DNA of 20,000 nucleotides, taken from positions 49,058 through 69,057 of the forward strand of contig JALAGF010006669.1 in the NCBI GenBank assembly GCA_030167865.1. The letters run 5' to 3'. Source of the stretch: Craspedostauros australis. Lineage: Eukaryota. The number at the start of each line of letters is the position of its first letter. Positions within the stretch are counted from its first letter, which is position 1. This document shows positions 1 to 10,514 of the stretch, piece by piece. Below the pieces are notes generated by a model. That model had not been told where the DNA came from. It saw only the letters and a program-made list of their open reading frames with translations, and ran no database searches. A program made the position numbers and the translations under genes.

Positions 1-1234
1 GCCATGTGCAGTGCTGTGTTGTCATCAACACGAACACTCGGCCAGTGCTATTGAAGCAGCCTCAGCACGAATTCCCCGCGTGGAAGCTTGAACAACTGAT
101 GGAGCGTTGTGTCACCATCGTTGCTTTTGCGTCGATATCGATGATACCATGGATCATGACTCGGTGTCTTGCCATTGTTGTCTTGGACAGTGGTATCGAT
201 GGCATCCGGATCCAGGGAATGCAGGTACAGCACCACGGAGTGATCTTGATTCAAGCTCATGTGGTGAAGCAGTGTCTAACCCTACTTGTTCCTTCTCGCG
301 AAGTCCATGGCGGCTTTGCCTGATATCTCCATTTGTGCAACTAGCTGTGCCGGATTGGTATGGCATGCCATCTCAAAAACCGTGCAGTCCTCCTTGGCAC
401 ATATGTCAAGATCGAGATGATTCGCTCTCAACAAGACCATCATGATGCTCGTATCCTAGCGGCTGCTGACAATATGGAACCGCGTTTATCTTCCTTCATC
501 TTTACAGTTGATGCCAATTGCCAAACCATGCGTCGCTGACATAGTGAAGTACCGTTTTGCCTTGGTTGTCTGTTGAATCGACAAACGACTTCGACTTGCC
601 CCAGGTGAATCAAGTACTCCACGATCGACACATTTCCAATCTGCCACGCGAGATGCAGCACTGTGCAGCCCTTACCATCCCGCTTGAAGAGCATCCGGTT
701 GTCAGGCTTTGCTTCCATGAAGCACTTGGCAACAGGAAGCTGCTGATTGTTGCACGTGATGTGGATCGGAAGATTGCCATCTTCACATGCCTGGAGCGTT
801 TCGACTAGATGCTTCACCAGCGCTTTTGCTGCTGGTGTGGCAAGCGCAATGAAACAGAGTGCATCCATCTTTGTCCGCGGCTTCTGTGTCAACCCATCCT
901 GGGTTGGATTCCATCAGGTATTTTCCACGGCCGTCCTTCCCGAGACACATGCTACCATGAGTGGCGTTCTCTTGCGTGCGTTGTGAGAATTGAGGTCCGC
1001 CTTCGTGGGATGTGATCCGATGAGGTACTTGACGACGGAAATGGACCTACCATCACAAGCCCAGTGAAGCGGGGTGTCGCCTTCCACGTCCCGAATGTTG
1101 GCAAGGAGCTTCAACTGATCTGACTCTACCATGGATGGGAGTGTTTGCAGATCGTCGCTTTCGCACGCACGGTGCACGGCAAGGGCAGAATCATCTACTC
1201 TGACGTCATCGTTGAATAGTCGATCACCTCACAT
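1..1234 (-). pseudogene. Ankyrin-repeat protein pseudogene (runs off the window's left edge)
   Basis: Ankyrin motifs are spread over broken minus-strand frames: GDTPLHWAC and KRTPLMVAC (914-1177), GNLPIHITC and GCTVLHLAW (440-892), G*TLLHHM, NGKTP and GDTTLHQL (~48-285), DNTALHMA (1-47). They are separated by stops and frameshifts. The in-frame candidate ATG at 1234 is followed directly by TGA. Confidence 0.85.
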
Positions 1235-1773
1235 TGAGTCGCCGTTGGATGTGATGTATTGTAACGTATTGTGAACCTGAGAAAAAAGCAAGAGTGTGCA
1301 ACTGGAGTGGAGTGGATTGTTGAGCAGAGTGGTCATGATCGGTTGCGATCGCGTTGTTGTGCGATACTTGTCTGTGAGGGCAAATCGCGTCCTCTGTTGC
1401 TGATTCGTTGGTTTCGCGCCATGAAAAACACATTTTAACGGTCCCTAACCGTTGGCTTCAGAATTCCACCCAACAATCGGAGAACGGTATCTTTCGGCCG
1501 CGTGTTGCCGCCAAGAACACAAGAGACGAGAGACACGCAAATGCGCACCCACAGAACGACACCATGGCGGCGCCAACCAGTCCAGATGGCATGAGAGCGC
1601 ATTTACTCGGACTCGTACTCTACCTCACTGTCATCCTATCTTCCGATCTGCCCCACCTTGTCACCACTCGTGTTGAAGGCCGATAGTAGCAGTCGGCACC
1701 ATCATCACTGCGGCAACCACAGAGTGCGTGTCAGGTCGGCTGCACCAGCAAGCGCGAAATCGACGGAACCACC

Positions 1774-4700
1774 ATGGCGCGCCCCATCCCACAGGTGAGA
1801 ACGCGCCGAAAGAAGCGCAAGGCTTTGAATCACATCGACCAAAACGTGGGGCAAGCCAATGCTGACTTGCTGCAGAAGAAGACGAAGCCAAGAGGCATCA
1901 GCTACAGCGCTATCTCGCTTTCGGATAGCCCTTTTGCTTTTGCCACATGGGAGAAGAACCTCCTGGCATCGGCCAAGACCCCGAAGATGAGCAACGTGCA
2001 GGGGCGGGAAACGGAGAAGCGGAAGGCAATAGCCGTCAACGCTGCAACCCAAGTCCTTGACGAAAAAGAGGGAGCAGCCAAACGCGCACCCTTGCTTTCG
2101 GCGTCGAGAACAGACACGATGTCTGCGGAGGGAGCGAAGAAGACCAAGAACGAGACCAAGACCAAGCACATGGCCGATAGACAGGAACAAACATTGCGAC
2201 CGCAAGCGGCGGCGATCGTGCAGGTGAAATCGCATCTACGCAGAGGTCAATCAGCGGGAGACACGGAAGACGATGGCTTGGATTTCTGTACAGTGTCACC
2301 TCGCCCCCCTCCAAGTGGTCGTAACGTCACTCACCGACGAAAACGGAATCGGAATCGGAAGCCTTCAGGCAAGGAAGAACGAGATGAGGGCACAGCGCAG
2401 AGTCTGCCTGCGCAGCGCAAGTCTCCGTCACACTCTCAGCAAGCCTCAGATACTGGTGCTGCATCTCGTCCACAAACCGATGTTGAGTTGAAGAAGGGTG
2501 CCGCTGTTGGAGACTGTCGCGCAGCGTCTCATCCCAGCGACAAGGGTCCACAACAGCAAGGTGCGAACAACGCCGACGGGGATACTGGAGATACCGATAC
2601 CAAGCATCAAGCTGTGGATGGATCTGGTCCCCTCCCTCCTGATTCCAACTTGGATTCGCACAGCCAACAGAAACAACAGAATGATACAGAGGTGCAAGCA
2701 GAGCAGCATAGTACGACCGCAGCAGAACCTGCTCCATCGGGTGATGGCGCAGGCCACAGAGTGACGGCGGCACAGCTTTCAATAGAGAAGGTGGACATTG
2801 AGAGTGGACAAGGTGTCAAGCACCCCGATGGCCAAACTGATCATGACGCAGCCGGCACACACAGCAACGATGGAGACAGTGAGTGTTCGTCGGATATGGT
2901 CATCGCATCAAGTGGCAGTTCTTCATGCATGGAGCATGTGGCTGAAGACCTACAACGTGAGGCAGGCGACGGCGACTGCACTGAGTCCGACGCAGATACC
3001 ACGGAATCCATGCAGATTCTCGACAAGACTTCAGGAGAGGATCATCGCAACCACCACTTGCAGCAGATATTTGAACGAAACTGTGCTCATATTCACGTAC
3101 AACGGACGAAATCAGCTCAAAGTCACACCACTCATGAGAGAGCTCAGAGCAATTCCGCCTTTCAATCACTGATCGATCGTTTGAAAACATCAAGCAGCAA
3201 CGCTGCTGTCGGCGTCGCATCACAAGCGTGTGATTCGCACAAGAAGAGTGGCATCACCAGCAGTCGATGTCGCGAAGCGATATCATCGGTGCCACTTGGC
3301 GAAGGATGCGTAGGTGCCCGTGGGTCGGAGGCACATGGCAAACGTGGCACTGTTGATGAGAAGGACAACGACGACCACAACTGCAGCAATGAAGAAGAAG
3401 AAGACGATGATGATGCTTCAATCGCCGTTTGGTCTCTCGATGATGACACCAGTATTCCCACCGAGATTCATGTCCAAGGGCGTCGCTTCGTCCACCCGGC
3501 ATTGCCGCCAGGATGGACAGTCCACACATCCAAAACGCGCGATCGTCCATACTACAAACACCCCGACTTCGGAAGCACGTGGCATTGCCCCGTCATTCTC
3601 CCCTTGAAGATGCCAGGTCACCGTAGATCACTGATATCGGTGCGTGACGAAAAGGCTGACATGGAAGACGACAATACCAACGGCGATCGTATGGATGGGG
3701 CTATCGATGGCATCCGATTGCGGCCAGCCTCGATGACTCAGGGAGGAAAAGTGGGACAGCTGAAACCGATGCATCTCGTGGAACGGCAGAAAGGTGCCTC
3801 CCGACGCACCGCGGCTAGAACGAATGTGTTGGGACAACGAGAGCACTCTCGCGGCGGCCGGCATTCTCCTGCCCAGAGCGACCAATTCGAAAGCTCCATG
3901 TCCGACCTCATCGACACCGTCATCGAAATGAAAGAGCAGCACAATGCGCGCTCCTCTCGAGTGAATCTGCGAGTCGATTCTGCATGTACACCAATAGTGG
4001 GCGCGGCTGCGAATGGGCGATCCAGCATCTTCAGACGTTTGCACCACGCAGATGATGGCACGACGCCACCGTCGGCGTTCGGTGCCACCCAAGCCTCGCG
4101 TCCTCTCCGCTCTTCACTGTCTCCGCTTCAAGGCCAAACTCAAGCACATTCACGGCTGCAGTCTATTGCTGACCCGAATCCTCGACGGGGCCGACATGAG
4201 GCAATCCGAGAACTTGAGCACAACCCTGCGGCATCCACAGCTGTCCACCGCGACGATCGTAACAGCAGGCCTCCGAGTCGCAAGGCCACTATCAACAGCC
4301 CGTTGCGCCAAGCTGCTTCACGTCCCTCAACTTCGATCGCACCTTTGCCCAATGTCCCGAGACCCCGGCGGAGTCTTGGGCCGAGAAGCAGCACGCCGGT
4401 TCACAACACGAATCCCTCTCGGTCATACATCGGAGCATCGATGAGTAGATCGAAGACTGGCACATCAGGCGCAGAAGCAGGGCGCTTGGGGCTTCAAAGT
4501 CATCCAGACGAGCAATGCGGCGAGGGCGGCATGTACGATGGCAAGGGCAGTGGGAATGTACAGCAGCAGCGCCTCTGCAACCCGAGAACTACGTCAGTTG
4601 AGCAAAGCGCTAGCCCATGGACTCCCGTCGTGCCAAGATTGATCTTCGGTCAACAGAGTGACAAATCTGCAGCTCCACCGAGATTTCAGACCAAGCTGCG

Positions 4701-6060
4701 CGGCAATGTCCAAGGTCCCGGTGTGTCTGCAACTGCCCCGCGCCACACGCACGACGAAGGACGCGCTGCACGCCAGACAACTGGATCGAGGTCCAACAGC
4801 GAGAAGTTTTCGTTCCAGGCCGTTGGGACGGTTGCCGAACGCTTGAGCAAAAGAATGCTGCGGCCTTCGTCGACGGTAGCTGGGATAGAGCAACCGCACC
4901 CCGTGCCAGCTGTGCGCGGGTTGAATTGGAAGCCATCAGTCATCGCCCACGTCGCCGCAGCGAATCAACGTTTTCTCGTAGCCGATGGCGGTGCATACCA
5001 AGCTCGCCCCAGGGTTCGGAATGAGGCAAACACTGCAACGGTCGACGATCTCTCCGCAGCGCTTGCTAAGGTCGCAATTTCGCCGGCTCTCGATGTCAGT
5101 GCTGGTGGTGTGTTACATCCGGGCGATGTTGACAGCTCACCGCATGTTTCTGAATATCAAAATAAAGACGACAAGAAGCAGCATCAGAGTGAGGACGGCC
5201 ACCCCCTCCGTGATCATGATGTTCATGGTCATGCAACGCCTGATCTTGATGGTGGTGCCACTGATGACGATGACGCAGTTGGGATTATTGGTCAAGATGA
5301 GCAACTTTCGTCGAGAGCTGAGGAGGAGCTGATGAAAGCAGGTAGCGACGGGTCGCCCGAGGATGACTTGGACCTGGATGCAATTTCTTCGCCAATGCAA
5401 CACACAACGGATGGGCCTCGTGTCGGCCGTGGCCGGTTGAGCGCAAACGACGACCCGGGCACTGTTCCACCTGTGAGCGACGCTGGCCACAAGGGCGGCG
5501 GCCCGACATCTCCGCCAAAACGTACAGTAGAGATGCAAGACGGCCCAAAGCGACAAGATGGTAGGGAGAAAGCCGCTGCAGCACCCCAGTCACCCTCGCA
5601 GTCTCCTTCGGCATTGGCGCGGCGAGCATCACTGCTGCCGTTGCCTGCGTCTGTCGACTCGAAGGAGAACGATGTTTTCTTCGACTCCATGGGTGGAGAC
5701 AGTCCACTCAGTATCGATTGCGGCAACCGCCACGATCATCAAGGCAATGACACAGATTTTGACTATGATGCGGTGTCAAACAGTTGTGGCGGCCACTCTG
5801 GCACGCATCGCCTTGCCAAACGCAGATCTAACGCAACCAAATCGTCGATGAAGACCAAATCCAAACAAGTCAGCGAATACGTGCTGCGGCAAAAGGACCC
5901 GCTCTGTCCGCTGCAACGCTTGGATACGATCGTCGACGAACGAGGACGAAGGCGCAAGCGAGACCGTTCGGCCCGGACGCTGGCTGATTACTTCACTCAT
6001 GTCTTCTACCGGCCACCCCCGCGTTCCAAACGCCCAGGTAAACGCTCTTCAAACAAGTAG
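1774..6060 (+). CDS. Large, mostly low-complexity/disordered protein with a single WW domain (1428 aa), probably nuclear
   Basis: Uninterrupted 1428-codon ORF. WW motif LPPGWTVHTSKTRDRPYYKHPDFGSTWHCP at 3502-3591. Basic NLS-like clusters (RRKKRK, RRKRNRNRK, RRRKR). Confidence 0.85.
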   Translation: MARPIPQVRTRRKKRKALNHIDQNVGQANADLLQKKTKPRGISYSAISLSDSPFAFATWEKNLLASAKTPKMSNVQGRETEKRKAIAVNAATQVLDEKEGAAKRAPLLSASRTDTMSAEGAKKTKNETKTKHMADRQEQTLRPQAAAIVQVKSHLRRGQSAGDTEDDGLDFCTVSPRPPPSGRNVTHRRKRNRNRKPSGKEERDEGTAQSLPAQRKSPSHSQQASDTGAASRPQTDVELKKGAAVGDCRAASHPSDKGPQQQGANNADGDTGDTDTKHQAVDGSGPLPPDSNLDSHSQQKQQNDTEVQAEQHSTTAAEPAPSGDGAGHRVTAAQLSIEKVDIESGQGVKHPDGQTDHDAAGTHSNDGDSECSSDMVIASSGSSSCMEHVAEDLQREAGDGDCTESDADTTESMQILDKTSGEDHRNHHLQQIFERNCAHIHVQRTKSAQSHTTHERAQSNSAFQSLIDRLKTSSSNAAVGVASQACDSHKKSGITSSRCREAISSVPLGEGCVGARGSEAHGKRGTVDEKDNDDHNCSNEEEEDDDDASIAVWSLDDDTSIPTEIHVQGRRFVHPALPPGWTVHTSKTRDRPYYKHPDFGSTWHCPVILPLKMPGHRRSLISVRDEKADMEDDNTNGDRMDGAIDGIRLRPASMTQGGKVGQLKPMHLVERQKGASRRTAARTNVLGQREHSRGGRHSPAQSDQFESSMSDLIDTVIEMKEQHNARSSRVNLRVDSACTPIVGAAANGRSSIFRRLHHADDGTTPPSAFGATQASRPLRSSLSPLQGQTQAHSRLQSIADPNPRRGRHEAIRELEHNPAASTAVHRDDRNSRPPSRKATINSPLRQAASRPSTSIAPLPNVPRPRRSLGPRSSTPVHNTNPSRSYIGASMSRSKTGTSGAEAGRLGLQSHPDEQCGEGGMYDGKGSGNVQQQRLCNPRTTSVEQSASPWTPVVPRLIFGQQSDKSAAPPRFQTKLRGNVQGPGVSATAPRHTHDEGRAARQTTGSRSNSEKFSFQAVGTVAERLSKRMLRPSSTVAGIEQPHPVPAVRGLNWKPSVIAHVAAANQRFLVADGGAYQARPRVRNEANTATVDDLSAALAKVAISPALDVSAGGVLHPGDVDSSPHVSEYQNKDDKKQHQSEDGHPLRDHDVHGHATPDLDGGATDDDDAVGIIGQDEQLSSRAEEELMKAGSDGSPEDDLDLDAISSPMQHTTDGPRVGRGRLSANDDPGTVPPVSDAGHKGGGPTSPPKRTVEMQDGPKRQDGREKAAAAPQSPSQSPSALARRASLLPLPASVDSKENDVFFDSMGGDSPLSIDCGNRHDHQGNDTDFDYDAVSNSCGGHSGTHRLAKRRSNATKSSMKTKSKQVSEYVLRQKDPLCPLQRLDTIVDERGRRRKRDRSARTLADYFTHVFYRPPPRSKRPGKRSSNK

Positions 6061-6292
6061 GAGGATTACCCATATCCGTACATTTGGTATAGGTGTCTGA
6101 ATGCTCGCAATGCACTTTTCTGTTGTTGTTGTTTTCGCATATGCTCACTGTGGTCGAGAACGCTTGCAGTCATGCGAGGCTGCAGCCATCGTCAAGCAAC
6201 GGTCATTGCGAAGCAGATGGTTCGTTGTCCAAAGGAGAGATAGAAGGTTCTACTATTCACTCGTACAGCATGGTGGCGTCACCAAGCTTCTT

Positions 6293-7161
6293 CTAGTAGC
6301 CAATGATTTGTGTCACCTGATCTGCCGTCAGATCCAGCCGGAGAGGAACCGCCACCACCGGAATAGATCCCGCCCTTGGTGTCTTGTCTGTCTCCTGTAT
6401 TTGTGCCAGGACATAATCCAACTTCATGATTCCGCAGTTGTGATGGACACAAGAGGAGTGAGAGTGAGAGTAGGGGGCAGACGAAGAGCCACAAGCATTG
6501 TCAGCAAGTACAATAGGTCGAGTACTTGTACATATGGCACATGCATGGCGGTGGAGGATAGAATAGAATAGAAAAGTAGAGCAGAGCATACAGATACTCG
6601 TACACTCACCTGATCATACTTTTGCAAGATTTCCACCACGGCCTGTAGATGGCAGAGGTAGTCCAATTCTGTTTCATGTCTGAATCTGCGTCCCTCCAGA
6701 TGATACGGCATCACATTGAGGTACATCTTGCGAAAGCCGAAGCTGTCCACCCGGTTGAAATCGACATCGTAGCATTTCCCCCACTTGCCGAGGATGGCGT
6801 CGCGAAGTCCGTACCCATCGAAGTCGCCATCATCATTTGCAGACGCAGACGCAGTCGCCGTCGCTACCTCTGCTTCCGACGCACGTTGCGATGAGCCTAG
6901 CGATGAACTTTGCAGTTGCTCCGCTTTCCTCTTCTGGAAAGCCGACATGTCCAGCTCTCCCTCTTCAGCAGACACATCTCTGCTGCTGGCATCTTCATCG
7001 CTCGTGTCTTTGTTCGTATTCCAGAAACCCAGCGCGGATCTTGTCCTGCGACCTGCGCTTTTCGATGTCACGGGCAGCCGATCGTGCTGGATGACGAAAG
7101 CCGCGAGGACCTGGCATGACACAATCGCCGTCAAGCAAGCGAGCGCGGTAGCTGGCTTCAT
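6293..7161 (-). CDS. DUF3067 family protein with predicted bipartite plastid-targeting presequence; 2 exons (7161-6610, 6421-6293), ~226 aa
   Basis: MKPATALACLTAIVSCQVLAA|FV resembles a signal peptide + ASAFAP-type cleavage. The core LRDAILGKWGKCYDV..MYLNVMPYHLEG..ETELDYLCHLQAV matches the DUF3067 pattern. Donor CAG|GTGAGT at 6609 and acceptor AAG|TTG at 6422 join KYDQ to LDYVLAQIQETDKTPRAG..AVPLRL in frame (188-nt intron). Confidence 0.85.
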
Positions 7162-7180
7162 GTTGTGGCAGAAAGAGTAT

Positions 7181-7209
7181 GAACGATGAACGATGGACGA
7201 TGAACGATG
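7181..7209. repeat. Short 7-bp tandem repeat (GAACGAT)x4 just upstream of the DUF3067 start
   Basis: gaacgat gaacgat ggacgat gaacgat g. Confidence 0.7.
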
Positions 7210-7408
7210 CACAATGGGCGATGGACAGGGAGGAGGTGCTTGCTGGGTGTTGTGGTGTTGTCCATTGTTGCGGTGAGATACCGACAACATGCCCGTTTGA
7301 AACGACCGTTCATATTTCTGACGACGGTCCAACGGCCATTCTCAGTCTTGTATTCGATGTGCACGAGCTGTGTGACCGTTGCGAAAGATACCGCCTTGTT
7401 GGATCATT

Positions 7409-7430
7409 AGAGAGTTATCGCATGTAACTT
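7409..7430 (+). repeat. Left terminal inverted repeat AGAGAGTTATCGCATGTAACTT (preceded by TSD ATT 7406-7408)
   Basis: Matches the reverse complement of 14176-14197 at 13 + 7 positions around a 2-nt mismatch. Confidence 0.92.
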
Positions 7431-7506
7431 CAATGAGTCCCGGGGTACAAAATAACCTGATAGAGATATTTTTCGGGGGGTACGGGCGAGCCAGCCACTC
7501 CTTAGA

Positions 7507-7549
7507 TTTACATGCCATGCGTTTTGAAGCTTTTATTTTACATGCCATG
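7507..7549 (+). repeat. Subterminal 13-bp direct repeat TTTACATGCCATG x2 (30-bp spacing)
   Basis: Exact copies at 7507-7519 and 7537-7549, ~100 bp inside the left TIR. Confidence 0.7.
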
Positions 7550-8056
7550 TAACTCCAACAGTCCCGCCAAATGAGAACTCCACGCGGAAGTAAAGTGAAT
7601 TGACAATTTGTTACCCAATCATAGTCGCACACTTCTGGTCTATTCGCATCTTCATTGTTCTCGAGTTTGCCTTGTTTCTTTTTTAGATTAGCGTCAATGT
7701 GAACGGTTCGACCCAATTTTCGTGGTCGAAGGGATCGTGTTTCTCCGCACGTCCTTCGTTGCGTCTGTTGGTGCAGCTGCCGCAAAAGCGCGGGCAGATG
7801 GCGCGAAACTGACGAATGCCACTTACGTCATTCGAAGATGCAGCACAACAGCAGGCAGCCACCATCAGCACCATGCCAGAAAAAAAACAAACAAAACAAC
7901 AACAAGCCGGTCACCGATTTGTGTTGAGAGAAAAACTGATGTGTTCGAACAGAGCGAGATCCCTCTTCATCCACACCCAAACAACAATCATCTTCCCCAC
8001 ACATCCATCTTGTTCACACACCCTTCATCGCTCATCCATTGAGATACTATGCCATC

Positions 8057-9541
8057 ATGTCCTCCCCTCTCCAGTCGGACCACCCACATTGGCTTCCTTC
8101 CGATGGAAGTGAAATCGATGACGAGAACAGCACTCACAGCAGCGCCATGAGCATTCGCTCCATCACCGCCAAATCTATTCCTGCAAATGCAACCCCAGCC
8201 TCCATTCGTGACGACGCCGCTGACGTTGATCCACCTGCTGCAGGTCCCTCTGACGAGGTCGTCGTCCTCCCAGATGGCCTTGTTGATGAAGGTATGGCCA
8301 CCTCCGACGAGGAGATTGACACTGCAACGATGAAGATCCTCTCCATCCCAACCACAAAGCGCGTCAACCGGTCGACGGCGAGGGCTCTGCGTGCTGTTCA
8401 GGCCGCCAAGTCAGCCACCAAGTACCTCAAGGTCAAGAAGGAGAAGACCGACAACACCATCCCCTCATCGTTGCAGGTGAAGATCAAGAAGGAGAAGACT
8501 GATGACAGCATCCCCTCGTCATCCTCAAAGGCTGCAAAAGCATCACGTACTTCCAAGCAGAAGGGCACGGCCCGAGGACACACTCACATGATGTACTCGA
8601 TGGAGTACCCCCCAGTGTACCCCTGGATCGAGATGCCGCGCCCCATTGATGTATCCATGATGATGTACGTGTGGGCCAACGACCCCAAGCCTTGGGAGTC
8701 CGTTTCTCTGCATTATTGGAAGGCATGCAGTCAGCATCTCTTCAAGTCAAAGGCATTGGGGTTGAACAAGGTGCCTCGCGCAAGAGGTCTTGCCGAGCGG
8801 TTCGAATACCTGATGGTGTTTGTGGACTACTACATTCAAGACCAAGATCACAGGACAGGTGGCAACGAGTCCTATCCGGACTACTTGAAGAAGCTCACCG
8901 AGATCCGAGAGCTCCGACATTTGTTCTCCTCGAAGAAGAACAACACAGTGGAGCAACAACAGGAGGAGAAGCGGGTTATTGAGAATATGTTGGATCGGAT
9001 GCTGGGGAAGCGTCCTCCCATTCTCATCTGCAGCTCCTCAAAAGGGAAAGCGAAGAAGGGTGGCAACAGCGGCAACAGTGCCCAGTCCTCGGATGACTCA
9101 TCAAAAAAGAAGGCATCAAAGAAAACAAGAACTTCTGTACATGATGTGAAGGAAGAGCACAAACAAACTCTCCTGCTCGCAACTGCATTGGAGAAGGCTC
9201 AGGAAAAAATCTGTGAGCGGATTGACAAAAAGAAGAAAAGATCCAATCCACCTCCAATCAAGGTGGTGGACATCAACTGCATTGCTGCCACTACCTCTCC
9301 AGGCACTGCAGCCACAGATTGCAATTCTCTCACCAGCTCCGCAACATTGCCACTTTTGCATGCTCTGCACCAGCAGCAAGAGCTGCTTCAAGACATGAAG
9401 CACAAGCAACAGCAACAGCACGAGCGCGCTGAGCAACATCATCATGAGGTGTTCGCTCAGCAGGCAAGCATTGCCACCAGCTTGAAGGAGCTTGTTGGCA
9501 TCCTTGGCAAGCAACAATCGAATGGCACTCAATCACCATGA
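8057..9541 (+). CDS. Transposon second protein: Myb/SANT(trihelix)-like DNA-binding partner of the Harbinger transposase (~494 aa)
   Basis: Intact ORF inside the TIRs; first ATG at 8057 (the track's 8039 start is TTG). The central PWESV..YW..RGLAERFEYLM..DHRTGGNESY..LKKLTEIREL resembles the W...RF..L...(S/T)G..E.Y..L.EI pattern of Harbinger partner proteins. Lys-rich segments and a Q/E-rich coiled-coil C-terminus. Confidence 0.75.
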   Translation: MSSPLQSDHPHWLPSDGSEIDDENSTHSSAMSIRSITAKSIPANATPASIRDDAADVDPPAAGPSDEVVVLPDGLVDEGMATSDEEIDTATMKILSIPTTKRVNRSTARALRAVQAAKSATKYLKVKKEKTDNTIPSSLQVKIKKEKTDDSIPSSSSKAAKASRTSKQKGTARGHTHMMYSMEYPPVYPWIEMPRPIDVSMMMYVWANDPKPWESVSLHYWKACSQHLFKSKALGLNKVPRARGLAERFEYLMVFVDYYIQDQDHRTGGNESYPDYLKKLTEIRELRHLFSSKKNNTVEQQQEEKRVIENMLDRMLGKRPPILICSSSKGKAKKGGNSGNSAQSSDDSSKKKASKKTRTSVHDVKEEHKQTLLLATALEKAQEKICERIDKKKKRSNPPPIKVVDINCIAATTSPGTAATDCNSLTSSATLPLLHALHQQQELLQDMKHKQQQQHERAEQHHHEVFAQQASIATSLKELVGILGKQQSNGTQSP

Positions 9542-9854
9542 GCAATCCTTCAAAAAATTGCTGCTGTGTTTTCTCACACCTTCTCCTTCCCTTCCATGAC
9601 AGCTGCATTCCGTTTCTCCTCCATTTCATTCTTATGTCCCATTCATGATACACACTTGCACTGCCCCCATCACACCCAACCACCAAATGGATAGCAATAT
9701 CACACTACAGCAAAAAGGACTGATGCATCACCCCATTCCCTATGCTGCCACATCCACGATCCACACCTTGATGCATTCCAGAGTCCATCGGCCTATCCAT
9801 GGATTTGTGCATTTTGCCTCCACCTGCCACACCATCGTTTCCTCTTCTACCGTC

Positions 9855-9892
9855 AACATTGGACATCTGCAAAGTGACAGATGTCCAATGTT
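9855..9892. other. Perfect hairpin: 15-bp stem, 8-nt loop
   Basis: AACATTGGACATCTG (9855-9869) - CAAAGTGA - CAGATGTCCAATGTT (9878-9892). Confidence 0.85.
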
Positions 9893-10514
9893 TGCTTCAA
9901 TCCATCAATCTTTGGATGCAGCCACAACAACAACCCTCAAGCAAAGCGGAGTAAGTCTCAATAGTGAACCCGTTTCCTATACAGAGTACTCAATTTGCAG
10001 TCTTCATGCAACGTCCTGTCTTCTCATGTTCAACCTGCACGCCCAATCGCATCCTTCGTGCACACATACGATGGTATCCGCGGCGCAAACTGCTCGTGTG
10101 CAATTCTAATCCATCGTCGTCATCCTCGTCATCCTCATCATCCTCGCCGCCATGCCTGTGAACGTCCGGTTCATGCTTTCCAAGATGCACGGAGGAGGGC
10201 ACGAGCATTCCTCCAACCAGTCCATGGTACTCCCCATCGTCACTAGCAGCAGCATCCGCGCGCAACACGCCAACTTATTCTCTTGATGGCCATGGTCACG
10301 GCAACCACCATCGCCACCACTGCCATCAACATCGTCACAACATCGGCTGCTTGTGCAATCGATGGCTGGTGGAATGGAAAAATTATGCGCGGATTTGACG
10401 CTAGAATCCTCTGTCCTTTGCTGTCCATGAAATGATCATCATCCCCGTTGCAACACACAATGACAGCCTGCGCCGATCAAGGGTGGATTGAAACACACGC
10501 GCCCCTCTTCGCAT

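Noticed and set aside
7162..7332. N-terminal extension of the DUF3067 ORF
   Set aside because: The signal peptide starts at ATG 7161; the upstream part includes a 7-mer repeat and looks like 5' UTR.
9890..10498. Inverted similarity TTCAATCCA (9897-9905 versus ~10484-10492) as ends of a nested element
   Set aside because: Only a 9-bp exact core with patchy flanks, and no TSD seen.
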